A stretch of DNA of 64,000 nt, from contig CAXXIN010000013.1 of the NCBI GenBank assembly GCA_963665275.2, positions 192,001 through 256,000 of the forward strand. The letters are read 5' to 3'. This DNA comes from Negativicutes bacterium (GTDB lineage Bacteria; Bacillota; Negativicutes; UBA1444). Under the pieces are notes generated by a model. That model had not been told where the DNA came from. It searched no databases and was given only the letters and a program-made list of their open reading frames with translations. Each line of letters starts with the position of its first letter. Positions within the stretch are counted from its first letter, which is position 1. Shown piece after piece: positions 29,845 to 38,346 of this stretch. A program made the translations under genes and the position numbers.

Positions 29845-30903
29845 TTATCGCTGGGCAAATTCCCGCAACCCTCGGCGAAATTCCGCACTCTTGGGCAGCC
29901 TGTCCGCAAACCTGATTTCAATGCCGATTTGTTCACACAACTCCGCCAGTAGCATGAATAGTCGCTGCTGTTTTACCAATAGCCTGCGCGGTTTGCGCTC
30001 CATCTTCATCAGTATATCAAGCAGTATATCGCCCGCCAGCGTCTCTGAAGCGTTTTTGTCCTCTGCGAGTCCTGCGTATAGCGCCACCCCGTCGGCATGA
30101 TCAATAATGGTCAACATTTGGGGATAATATGGCCGCTCTTGGTCATGGATGGCAGCAGGCAGAAAAAACTGATCCAATTCCAGCGATTGTTTTTTTTGCG
30201 GCGGTAGTTTTTTTAATTTCTGCACCAACAACTGGTCGGATAACGTGATTCCGGCATACGCCATTTGTTCTTCCTGTTCGTGGAGAAAACGGCTTGCCCA
30301 TTCCAGTCCGGCGGCGGTCTTGCGAGGAACGCGAAGCATTATCTCATCGTCCGGCCCGAACAGGATATCGGTTGTTTGTGCTTTTTTGCATTCCGCAGCA
30401 ACATACAGCGCCTGCCCCAGAATGTGGGTCAGCGTTCGGCACTGCCTGCCGGTCAAACCCCATGGCGCCAACCCCGGAGTATAGTCGCGGAAGCAAGGCC
30501 ACTCGCCTCTGCCGCGGTATTTCAATCCAAGGCTTCGGATAACGGCTAGATCGCCCTTCTCCAGATTTTCACGATCATCAAGTGTAAAAGTCAACGCATC
30601 CTGCAAAAACATGAACTCCTCAGCCCATTCCACCATTTCGTCTTCATCTTCTATCTCCAGCATCTTGACTAAAAGCTGCAGCCCTTCGCTGCCACGGTAG
30701 GCGGCAAGCCCGAATTCCGTACCGCCACGCCCCATAATAGAGCAGTAATATCGCTGCCCATCCTCGGGGTCCTGCACGCCAAAAATCGCCGCATCATCTA
30801 CCCATTCCCAGCAGACTGCCCGCCTGAACTCATTTGCCGACGCATATAGATCACGCCACTGCTCAGCCGTTGGCGCTTCTTTTGCATCAACCGATTCTGC
30901 CAT
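29845..30903 (-). CDS. Conserved hypothetical protein
   Basis: RBS GGAGG before MAESVD; W..LY..A..F....WEW.DD..IFGVQDP...YYCSIMG..G pattern of a Firmicute DUF. Confidence 0.7.
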   Translation of the reverse strand: MAESVDAKEAPTAEQWRDLYASANEFRRAVCWEWVDDAAIFGVQDPEDGQRYYCSIMGRGGTEFGLAAYRGSEGLQLLVKMLEIEDEDEMVEWAEEFMFLQDALTFTLDDRENLEKGDLAVIRSLGLKYRGRGEWPCFRDYTPGLAPWGLTGRQCRTLTHILGQALYVAAECKKAQTTDILFGPDDEIMLRVPRKTAAGLEWASRFLHEQEEQMAYAGITLSDQLLVQKLKKLPPQKKQSLELDQFFLPAAIHDQERPYYPQMLTIIDHADGVALYAGLAEDKNASETLAGDILLDILMKMERKPRRLLVKQQRLFMLLAELCEQIGIEIRFADRLPKSAEFRRGLREFAQR

Positions 30904-31447
30904 GAAATTCATCCTCCATTGATCACTTTTTATGCGAACGAGTTGCGTCTTCTTGAAATTTTCCCCAATCCCGATAGTAGTTCTTGTGCGAAACAATCCA
31001 TTGCAAGCAAGATGTCTCAACGATAAAATTCGCTGACAAATTGGGATTTTGCAGCGCCGCTTCTCCAAGGGTCGCCCAATATTTGATCAGCATCAATACG
31101 AATGCTTGCCAACGCCATTCTCGCAACCCTTCGTCTTACATTTCTTGTATTTATTGTATCACTAGGACACGTTTTTTCAATCACTTGAGCACAAAGCAAT
31201 AAACGCCATCAGAGCCGGTTCCGCAGCTTTCCGCAATAAAACAACGGCTCAACACTCACTGAAACTTCTTCAACACTTCCAGTCTTCATGCCCTACCGGC
31301 AACCAATTCAACGCTTCCTTAACAGATCTCCGTTTCGGCAGTCATATATCCATGCGGTCAATAAATCGGGCGTTATGTCGGCGTTCCGGAAGGTGCATCG
31401 TTTCATGCACCAAAATGCATTCCAGGCCTTCTGCCCTACTTGCATTA

Positions 31448-32059
31448 CTATTTAGCGCACCTGATTTTGCCTTTCGCACTCCCTTCTCCCGACAGATACT
31501 GAAGCATTACATCAACAAGAATCGGGTCAAATTGCCACCCGACGCACCGTATCAGCTCGGCTTTCACATCCTGGACCGTTAAAGCCGGACGATAAGGGCG
31601 AGGATTCAACATTGCATCCACCGCGTCCGCCACCGCAACGATCCGCGCTCCCTGGGAAATTTGGGCGCCACGCAAGCCATCCGGGTATCCCTTCCCATCC
31701 ATGCGCTCATGGTGATGCCGCACAATATCCGCCATCGGTTGAAAAGCACGTGCTTTGCCGATAATGTGATCGCCTATGACCGGATGCAGTTGAATCTGTT
31801 TCATCTCCTCTTTGGTTAAGGGAGCGGGTTTGTCTAAAATCGAATCCGGTATCCCAATTTTCCCAATGTCGTGCAGATGCGCCCCGATATGGATCATATC
31901 TTGTGCCTCTTTAGTCAATGCAAGCCGCCTGGCCATCCACAACGCCAACTCCGCAACCCGCCCGGAATGCCCGCAGGTATAGGAACTTTTTGCATCCAAG
32001 GCGGCAGTCAACGCATCGACCATATCATGCAAATCAAAAGTATCATAAATTTCAATCAT
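31448..32059 (-). CDS. HD-GYP domain phosphodiesterase
   Basis: HS.RVA, LHDIGKIGIPD, HHER.DGKGYP, VADA.DAM...RPYR. Confidence 0.93.
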   Translation of the reverse strand: MIEIYDTFDLHDMVDALTAALDAKSSYTCGHSGRVAELALWMARRLALTKEAQDMIHIGAHLHDIGKIGIPDSILDKPAPLTKEEMKQIQLHPVIGDHIIGKARAFQPMADIVRHHHERMDGKGYPDGLRGAQISQGARIVAVADAVDAMLNPRPYRPALTVQDVKAELIRCVGWQFDPILVDVMLQYLSGEGSAKGKIRCAK

Positions 32060-32268
32060 TCAAGTATAGCTTCCTTTCTCGCTCATTCATCATTCCACCA
32101 GATCGTCGAAACCCTTCGCGACGTTCCACCGTTACTCCGGCATAATTTTCCGCAGGCGGCCTTGCGCCATTAATATTGTTAATTTTGCATTCTATTCATT
32201 GCATCTACAGCAGCCGGTTTCAATATAGCAACGTTCGCCTTCATTATTTGTGCCTCCAATTATTTAAT

Positions 32269-32283
32269 TGATAATTTATTTCA
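32269..32283. promoter_or_regulatory. Possible Fur-family box
   Basis: TGATAATTTATTTCA, partial 7-1-7 match in AT-rich promoter region. Confidence 0.35.
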
Positions 32284-32360
32284 TTTACTATAATGCTATT
32301 GTTTTTTTCACCTTCTGTCAATTCGCTTATATACTCGTAGCAGTATTTATTACAAGTCTG

Positions 32361-32415
32361 CAAAAACAAAACTAGACGGAAAAGCATCCCCTCAAGGGCA
32401 CCCTTCTCCGCCTAA
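32361..32415 (-). terminator. Intrinsic terminator
   Basis: TAGGCGGAGAAG...CTTTTCCGTCTAG followed by TTTTGTTTTT on minus strand. Confidence 0.6.
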
Positions 32416-32772
32416 CTCACATCCACTCAGTATTTACCTTTTACATGATATATATTATCTATTACATATTGCGTGCTTGAATCCAAATCAGATAGATAAC
32501 GCCGAGCAAAATGACCGACCCAAAAATCCGATCACAAACAACCTTGTCAATTCTACCCTCGCCGGATGTCAAACTATAAGTTCCCGGAAAGTCAATCACC
32601 TCCATCATTTTTTCGGCCTTGGCGAGTGTACCAGCCGCTCATTTTTTCGACCGTTACCCCCGGATAATTCGCAACAAACTGCCTGGTGCCGGCAAGTGCA
32701 TTAAAAACAGTCGATTTTCCGCCATTGGGCTGCCCTGCACGAGCAATCAAAAAAAATGCAGTTTCGCCACGA

Positions 32773-33720
32773 TTAAAACTCGTGCTTCAACCAAATTTCA
32801 AGTTTAGAGTTTTTCGCGTTATCACCCAGGCGGACCTGATCTTTATAAATCACTTCCAACGCAAGCTTGTCATTGATCGCGTGTGTCAACCCGTAATAAA
32901 AGCCTCGATTTCCACCATCAAAATCACTTTGTCCTCCCATCGCCGCATTTTCTTCTACACGAAAATTAGTTAGATACAAAGCGGTTTTACCATCAAAATC
33001 ATAAGTCCAATTAATCGCGTAAGCTCTATTGTCCTGGCTGGCAGTCGATTGCGTGTACTCGGCAACAAAGGTGCTCTTACCCCAGGTTGTACCAGCATCG
33101 ACGGCCCAGTGATTGGTCGTGTCGCCGTCAACCACTTGATATTTACCCCAAGTCACCCCCGCATTGGTCACTTTCGAAAAATTATAGCCTGCCCGCAAAG
33201 CGAACAAATCATTGTTTGTCATGCCGACATTATTCTCACGGGCAGCAATACCGGAGAATTCATACTGGCCCGATGCGCCCGAAAACGTTAATCCGTCAAC
33301 GAACTTTCCATAACCGACATTAGTATCGGCACGACTGTACAGCAACGCGGTTTTCCCGATCATTGCCTCCTGGCGGCCCAAGTTGAACGAGAAATCACCC
33401 GGCTTGTACAAAAGACCAAACTGATCAATTTGGGCAACGAACTTATTATCAGTACCATGAGCATCCAGATTGTAGTCCGATAAGGATGGATTACTGGCGT
33501 ACTGCGCAGCCAGGCGGGCATAAACAGACAGATTTTTCCCAATAAGCTGCCTTCCCCGAATTGTCAGCGTTGTCATTGTTCCTGATTCGGTCGCGCCATC
33601 CGCAGTAACTGATTGATGCTTGACCGTGGCTGTCCCTGTAATTTCAAGCGGCTCGGCATGAGTCGGTGTCGTCATCGTCAGCAGGAATCCAACTGCGAAG
33701 ACTGCAATGATGGTTTTCAT
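32773..33720 (-). CDS. Outer membrane beta-barrel (porin-like) protein
   Basis: Signal peptide, alternating beta-strand pattern, C-terminal Phe. Confidence 0.75.
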   Translation of the reverse strand: MKTIIAVFAVGFLLTMTTPTHAEPLEITGTATVKHQSVTADGATESGTMTTLTIRGRQLIGKNLSVYARLAAQYASNPSLSDYNLDAHGTDNKFVAQIDQFGLLYKPGDFSFNLGRQEAMIGKTALLYSRADTNVGYGKFVDGLTFSGASGQYEFSGIAARENNVGMTNNDLFALRAGYNFSKVTNAGVTWGKYQVVDGDTTNHWAVDAGTTWGKSTFVAEYTQSTASQDNRAYAINWTYDFDGKTALYLTNFRVEENAAMGGQSDFDGGNRGFYYGLTHAINDKLALEVIYKDQVRLGDNAKNSKLEIWLKHEF

Positions 33721-34000
33721 AAAACACTTCCCTTTCAATTGAAACAAATTATCGTTTGTATAATATATCAGGAATATATTGATGTCAAGTCACTTTATAA
33801 TAATCCAAGGAAAACAAAAGCCTTATTTGCTAATTATTTAGCCTTTCATCAGCTTTATATCCGCTCTCGTTTTCTAGCTAAAATTACAATTTCATTTTTA
33901 TTTAAATGAAAATATTTATCATAATTAACGTATATCATTATAAATAGCCCGTCAACCTTTTGAACCCGCCAACAGTTTGGGACAGGAGTTGCAAAACAGC

Positions 34001-34053
34001 AAAAAGGAGCTGTTTCGAACAGATTTTCATCTATCCGAAACAGCTCCTTTTTT
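34001..34053. terminator. Bidirectional terminator-like hairpin
   Basis: AAAAAGGAGCTGTTTCG...CGAAACAGCTCCTTTTTT. Confidence 0.7.
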
Positions 34054-34065
34054 CATCCTGCCCAA

Positions 34066-34266
34066 ATGAAGGAATTATGGATTCGTCACGCCCATGAAGG
34101 CGATATCCTAAACATCTACCGCCTGCAGTTTTGCGAAGGCTGGCTGCTCGAGCGTAGCGAGATCGCCCCTGTATGCCCCGGCGGTCCATCCCCTGTTTCC
34201 GCAAAAAGCGGTCGAAGAAGAGCTGCTGCCGGCGTGAAGCTGCTGGAGGCAGGGGTGAATGGGTGA
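34066..34266 (+). pseudogene. Deleted paralog of 29320-29607 GNAT-like gene
   Basis: Same N-terminus (IYRLQFCEGW.LERSEIA) then 80-bp deletion at CGCCC microhomology causing a frameshift. Confidence 0.8.
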
Positions 34267-34656
34267 TCAACCGCCTATCAATTGCACCCATACTTGCCGG
34301 GTCCGGGGTCCGTCAAATTCGCAAAAGTATATCCCCTGCCACGTTCCCAGACATAACCGCCCGTCTACAATCGGAATGGTCATGGAGCAGCCAACAAGAG
34401 TGCTTTTTACATGAGCAGGGGAATTTCCCTCGCTATGGCGATACGGCAAGTCCGGCACCATCCGTTTCAATGCTGCCAACATATCCGTCACGACATCCGG
34501 GTCGGCGTTTTCATTGATCGTCACCCCAGCTGTGGTATGCGGCACAAAGATCTGGCATAGGCCGTTTTGGATTTTTCCTGCTTCCACGATCTGGCGGACT
34601 TGCTTTGTAATGTCGACAAAATCCTCCGCAGGTGTGTGCAATGTGATTTGTTCCAT
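34267..34656 (-). CDS. yjbQ: YjbQ / UPF0047 family protein
   Basis: [44 protein letters not shown]. Confidence 0.95.
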   Translation of the reverse strand: MEQITLHTPAEDFVDITKQVRQIVEAGKIQNGLCQIFVPHTTAGVTINENADPDVVTDMLAALKRMVPDLPYRHSEGNSPAHVKSTLVGCSMTIPIVDGRLCLGTWQGIYFCEFDGPRTRQVWVQLIGG

Positions 34657-34715
34657 GATTATTCCACCTCATGATAGTCGTTAAATGGGGAAAACGCCCA
34701 ACTCAATACCTTCTT

Positions 34716-35003
34716 TTACCCACCGAATTCTGCATTGCTGAAAACCTGCTGTTGCCAATATTCTCGGGCCCGATCAAGCGAACGGGCCGGATCGGCCATG
34801 TCCTGTATGCGTTCATAGCCAACCTTGGCCAGCCATTGTTTGAACGGTTCCGCTTTGGGCGATGGAATGGACTGGATAATTCGCAACAGCCCTTGAACAT
34901 TCGACGTATCGGTAAGTCGCATTTTCCCGTCCGGCGCTTTCATTTTGAACTGTCGACAAATTGTCGACAGTTCAACTCCATCTTCACTCTTTACCCGCAA
35001 TTT
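34716..35003 (-). pseudogene. BRO-N family (phage antirepressor-like) internal fragment
   Basis: STICRQFKMKAPDGKMRLTD...LLRIIQSIPSPKAEPFKQWLAKVGYERIQ; begins exactly at intron 3' end, truncated at both ends. Confidence 0.85.
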
Positions 35004-37384
35004 GTTACCCTAAGCCAGCAAGTCGCCCTACTGACTCGGCTTCAAAACCGGACTTGACAGTTTCCCGTCATCCGGCTCCTCAACTTTCCATACTTTCTGA
35101 AGAGCGGCTCCTATTTCGACAATGCTCATGTGCCAGTTGACTGATCTCCCGTTGTCTACCATTCTTACTTTTGCCGATTCGCTCCATGACGGCTACCGGT
35201 TCCGACATCCGGGTAAAGTACAAACCACATATCGCGCAGCATCCCTTTTGTTTCTTGAGAAGCCTTGCGACGTAATTGTCCAGTTCCGGATGCCGCCCCA
35301 TCCGAGTGGCCCAGTACAACCAGTCCCCATCATAAGGACTGCGTTTTCTGTCCACTTTGATGTGACGACGAATCGGTGTTTCACCGTGCAGGTACAGGGT
35401 CGCCCCCTCCGAAGAACGGAATTGCCATCGCTTGCCGTTATGATGCCAATACTTTCGGTAGATCCATTGCTTCGCTTTGTTTGGGTGTCTGCGTTTCATC
35501 CAGGCCCACAGCTTTTCCCACAGAACGTGCTGCAATTTGCTGAACATTCTAGATGAAGCCTGGGTGGAATAGTAGCGACACCAGCCCCGAATAATCGGGT
35601 TGAGTATGCGAATCAGTTTCTCCTGTGTACCGGCTTGGAGGCTGTCGATGACTTCTCCCATTCTATCTTGGTGGCGAAGGACACCATCCTTGCTGGGACG
35701 AATCAGTGGGAGAAACGTTAATCGCTCCTCACTGTTCGTATACCGTCGGGTATGGGTTTGCCCCGCTGGTACCTGTTGTATATGGAAGCCGAGGAAATCA
35801 AATCCCGGCGGCTGCCCGTTGATCGCTTCCAAGGTATGGACGATGCGGGTTTTGGTCGGACTTAATTCCAGACCCATCGTTGCCAGCCATTTCTCCGTAA
35901 CTTTGCGGAGATTATGGATGACTTCCAAGTCGCGATGCATGATCACAAAGTCGTCCGCGTACCGGATGACCCGAGGCCACCACGTCACGTCTTCTCCTGC
36001 AATCATACGGCGATAAGGGATTTGACGCTTGATCTCCTCTTCCAACCCATGCAGCGCGATGTTTGCCAAGAGCGGAGAAATCACCCCTCCTTGCGGCGTC
36101 CCTCGCTCTGCCCGCTGGAAGACGTCTCCTTCCATTACTCCAGCTTTTAACCACCTTCGCACGATGCGACGCACCCGTGGGGCTGCGTCCATCTTATTGA
36201 GTAGCGCGCGGTGGTCGATGCGGTCGAAACATTTTGCAATGTCCGCATCCAGTACATATTTCGGTTGATGAGCAATTTGTCCGAATATGTATTGAATCGC
36301 ATCATGGCAGCCCCTGCCGGGACGGAAGCCGTAGCTGTTTGGTTCAAACCGGGCTTCCCATTCCGGCTCCAGAGCCTGCTTGACCATCGCCTGTGCCGCC
36401 CGGTCTTGAAGGACCGGGATTCCCAGCGCTCGTCGCTCCGTTTTCCCCGGTTTGGGGATGTATATACGGCGCACGGCCTGTGGCACAGGAATCTGCTTGA
36501 GCTGTTTGGCCAACTGGATTTTGTCTTCCTGGCTGATGGAGGCTATCTTATCCACGCCGGGCGTTTTCTTCCCGGCGTTGTCTTGAGCCACGCGCCGCAC
36601 GGCGAGTAACCGGGCGGGCCACGAGGCGATAAGCAGCCGCTGCAGCCGTTGAACATTTCGCTTGTCGCCCTTTAGAGTCGCTTGGTAGATTCGTTTTTGA
36701 AGCTTGAAAACCGCCCGCTCGACTTGCGGCCAGCAAATGGTCTTCCATTCATCCATCGGCAGTTGTGCCGTGTCCATGACATATCCACTCCTACTATCGA
36801 AATACCATTTGGAAAACCGGGGCCACGTCTGCTTATCCGTCGGCTTTCCCGACGGCATTTGCTTCTTGGCCCATCCTGCCCTCCGTTGGCATACGGTTGA
36901 CTGCCTGCTCCGAAAAGAATCCGGAGAGCCAGCGGAGAGTTACCCCGTTCCTGAATATCGTTTTGCGTAAAGGGTAGAACCGCACTATCCACCGGGTTTC
37001 TGTGAGTGTGGAACCGGTCGCAACTCGAGACGCCGGCCTCGTATCCTTGTCCGTTTTGGACCAAGCCCTTCGGTCCGCGTTGGGGGCTTGTTCTGGTTGA
37101 CGGTGGTTCACGCATGCGTTCGCTTTCGCTGTTCTTGCTTTACCTGCTTGCGGGAGTTCCCGAGTCGGACTCCGGGTTACCCGCGTTTCGCCCATGCTGG
37201 CACCGTTCGGTTTGTCACTTCCGCACAGTGTGGGCGATGATGTTCCCTGTCCACCACAGGGGCTGGGAATTGAGTTTCCTCGCGCCCAGCTTCGATATTC
37301 AAGTTGTCGCTGAAGGCCTTCTGACCTTCACTGCCTCCCATCCCTTCAAACCCATGGCTTGAATTTCAGGAGAACGGGTCGCAC
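35004..37384 (-). mobile_element. Group II intron, apparently full length (IIB, chloroplast-like class by IEP)
   Basis: 5' GTGCGACCCG at 37384; domain V GAGCCGGATGACGGGAAACTGTCAAGTCCGGTT just after ORF stop; domain VI ending GTAAC at 35004; EBS1 loop CGAGUU (37022-37027) complements exon end AACTTG. Confidence 0.93.
35080..36777 (-). CDS. ltrA: Group II intron reverse transcriptase/maturase
   Basis: RT-0 (QDNAGKKTPGVD), SYGFRPGRGCHDAI, GTPQGGVISPLLANI, RYADDF, FDFLGF, X domain LNPIIRGW..YY; RBS AGGAG before MDTAQ. Confidence 0.96.
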   Translation of the reverse strand: MDTAQLPMDEWKTICWPQVERAVFKLQKRIYQATLKGDKRNVQRLQRLLIASWPARLLAVRRVAQDNAGKKTPGVDKIASISQEDKIQLAKQLKQIPVPQAVRRIYIPKPGKTERRALGIPVLQDRAAQAMVKQALEPEWEARFEPNSYGFRPGRGCHDAIQYIFGQIAHQPKYVLDADIAKCFDRIDHRALLNKMDAAPRVRRIVRRWLKAGVMEGDVFQRAERGTPQGGVISPLLANIALHGLEEEIKRQIPYRRMIAGEDVTWWPRVIRYADDFVIMHRDLEVIHNLRKVTEKWLATMGLELSPTKTRIVHTLEAINGQPPGFDFLGFHIQQVPAGQTHTRRYTNSEERLTFLPLIRPSKDGVLRHQDRMGEVIDSLQAGTQEKLIRILNPIIRGWCRYYSTQASSRMFSKLQHVLWEKLWAWMKRRHPNKAKQWIYRKYWHHNGKRWQFRSSEGATLYLHGETPIRRHIKVDRKRSPYDGDWLYWATRMGRHPELDNYVARLLKKQKGCCAICGLYFTRMSEPVAVMERIGKSKNGRQREISQLAHEHCRNRSRSSESMES

Positions 37385-37457
37385 CAAGTTTGATCAAGAG
37401 CCAAGCGGCCACTGCAATCGGGAATCCCACCTGGGATATGAGCTGCGCCCAGTCCAT
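37385..37457 (-). CDS. YvrJ-family small membrane protein, 5' exon (interrupted by intron)
   Basis: Own translation MDWAQLISQVGFPIAVAAWLLIKL matches YvrJ 'I.NVGFPIAV..YLL.R.E'; canonical position after DUF2922. Confidence 0.85.
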
Positions 37458-37461
37458 CGGA

Positions 37462-37674
37462 CTACGCCAGCACCGTGGTGTCCTGAGTCAGGATGATCGG
37501 ATCGACTGCCGAGATGAGATCTCCGCCGCTCGATGCGAACAGGTTTCGGGCGATGATCATGGTTTGTGTGGCAACGGCTTCCGCTTTGGTGAGGTTTTCT
37601 TTTGGATTGGCGATGAGGATGTTCACATCCTTGCCTGCCGCGTTCTTGAAGCCGAGTTTGGCTGTTCTAGTCAT
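37462..37674 (-). CDS. DUF2922 family protein
   Basis: L.F.NAAGK.VNI.IANPKENLT.......M.II..NLF...GGDL. Confidence 0.85.
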   Translation of the reverse strand: MTRTAKLGFKNAAGKDVNILIANPKENLTKAEAVATQTMIIARNLFASSGGDLISAVDPIILTQDTTVLA

Positions 37675-37710
37675 CGGTTGCTCCTCCTTTCGCCAGATTT
37701 TTTACCGGCG

Positions 37711-37935
37711 TTACTCGCCGATCAGGTTGGCGCTGTCGGTGCGAACGATCGCAACGAGCGATTTCGCCTGCAGTCCCGCGAGACTGGCGCCGACATCATA
37801 GATGTCCTGGTCGGTGGCGGTCGGTTTCACGTTGGAAAAGCTCAGCGTCTTGAAGACGTTGGCCCCGGTGGCGCTGACGCCATTCACGACTTTGATGCCG
37901 ATCCGGGATTCCTGGGGTGCTTTCGTAACAGCCAT
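37711..37935 (-). CDS. DUF1659 family protein
   Basis: G....G....KT.SFSNVKPTATDQDIY.V...L..LQ......I.R.D...L; RBS AGGAGG. Confidence 0.87.
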   Translation of the reverse strand: MAVTKAPQESRIGIKVVNGVSATGANVFKTLSFSNVKPTATDQDIYDVGASLAGLQAKSLVAIVRTDSANLIGE

Positions 37936-38047
37936 GAGGATCCCTCCTTCCTGGGTAACGCGGATTTCGCGCTCCCAAACATTCTATGAAAAACGGGACT
38001 CAGTGCCCCGATTTTCCGGTTGTGCCCACATCCCTCTTTTTTTTCCT

Positions 38048-38172
38048 TCCGGCGGTTCAGCAAGGTCCAGATACAAGGCACGGCGAGGCTTGTACTGCGC
38101 CGCGTACAGGTCGTACGCAAGCAGTGCAAACACAGTCGTAACGCCGTAGATGGGCCTTGCTGGGCCGCCGGA
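38048..38172. other. 125-nt long hairpin element
   Basis: 22-bp closing helix (3 G-U pairs on + strand) plus nested ACGGCG/CGCCGT, ACTGC/GCAGT and GCGTAC/GTACGC stems. Confidence 0.7.
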
Positions 38173-38177
38173 CAAAC

Positions 38178-38206
38178 AAAAAAGGACACGCCATGGCGAC
38201 GTGTCC
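38178..38206 (-). terminator. Intrinsic terminator
   Basis: GGACACGTC-GCCAT-GGCGTGTCC-TTTTTT on minus strand. Confidence 0.8.
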
Positions 38207-38327
38207 CGAAACGGGGATGGAGGTACTATATGGCAGCCGCAAGGTAATTAGTCCTGCGGGTGAGCCCGGTATCGTGCGCCCCATCCCCATAGAGCCTATG
38301 TAGTTTTCAAGGTTTGTTTTTGTCTAC
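38178..38327 (-). ncRNA. Candidate structured sRNA / leader RNA
   Basis: TATAAT at 38334-38339, boxA-like ACCTTGAAAACT, 12-bp outer stem, inner CCGCAGG/CCTTGCGG stem, ends in terminator. Confidence 0.55.
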
Positions 38328-38346
38328 AGTCTTATTATACGTCGGT

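Noticed and set aside
31200-31285. IS terminal-like sequence ACTTCTTCAACAC
   Set aside because: No partner inverted repeat or transposase found.
35080-36858. RT as DGR, retron or defence RT
   Set aside because: It has RT-0, X and En-like domains and is enclosed by a GUGCG start, domain V/VI and an EBS1-IBS1 match. No TR/VR pair or msr-msd was seen, so it is a group II intron.
36778-36858. Longer N-terminus of the RT given in the ORF track
   Set aside because: Lies in intron RNA structure; the RBS and family-like N-terminus point to ATG at 36777.
37975-38010. Sporulation sigmaE/sigmaK promoter (CATAGAAT) before DUF1659
   Set aside because: The -10 element fits but the -35 spacing does not clearly match; left unassigned.
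37984-38290. Small ORFs (63-101 aa) in the amidase-DUF1659 gap
   Set aside because: No RBS or family motifs, and they cross a terminator and long hairpins; better explained as structured non-coding sequence.
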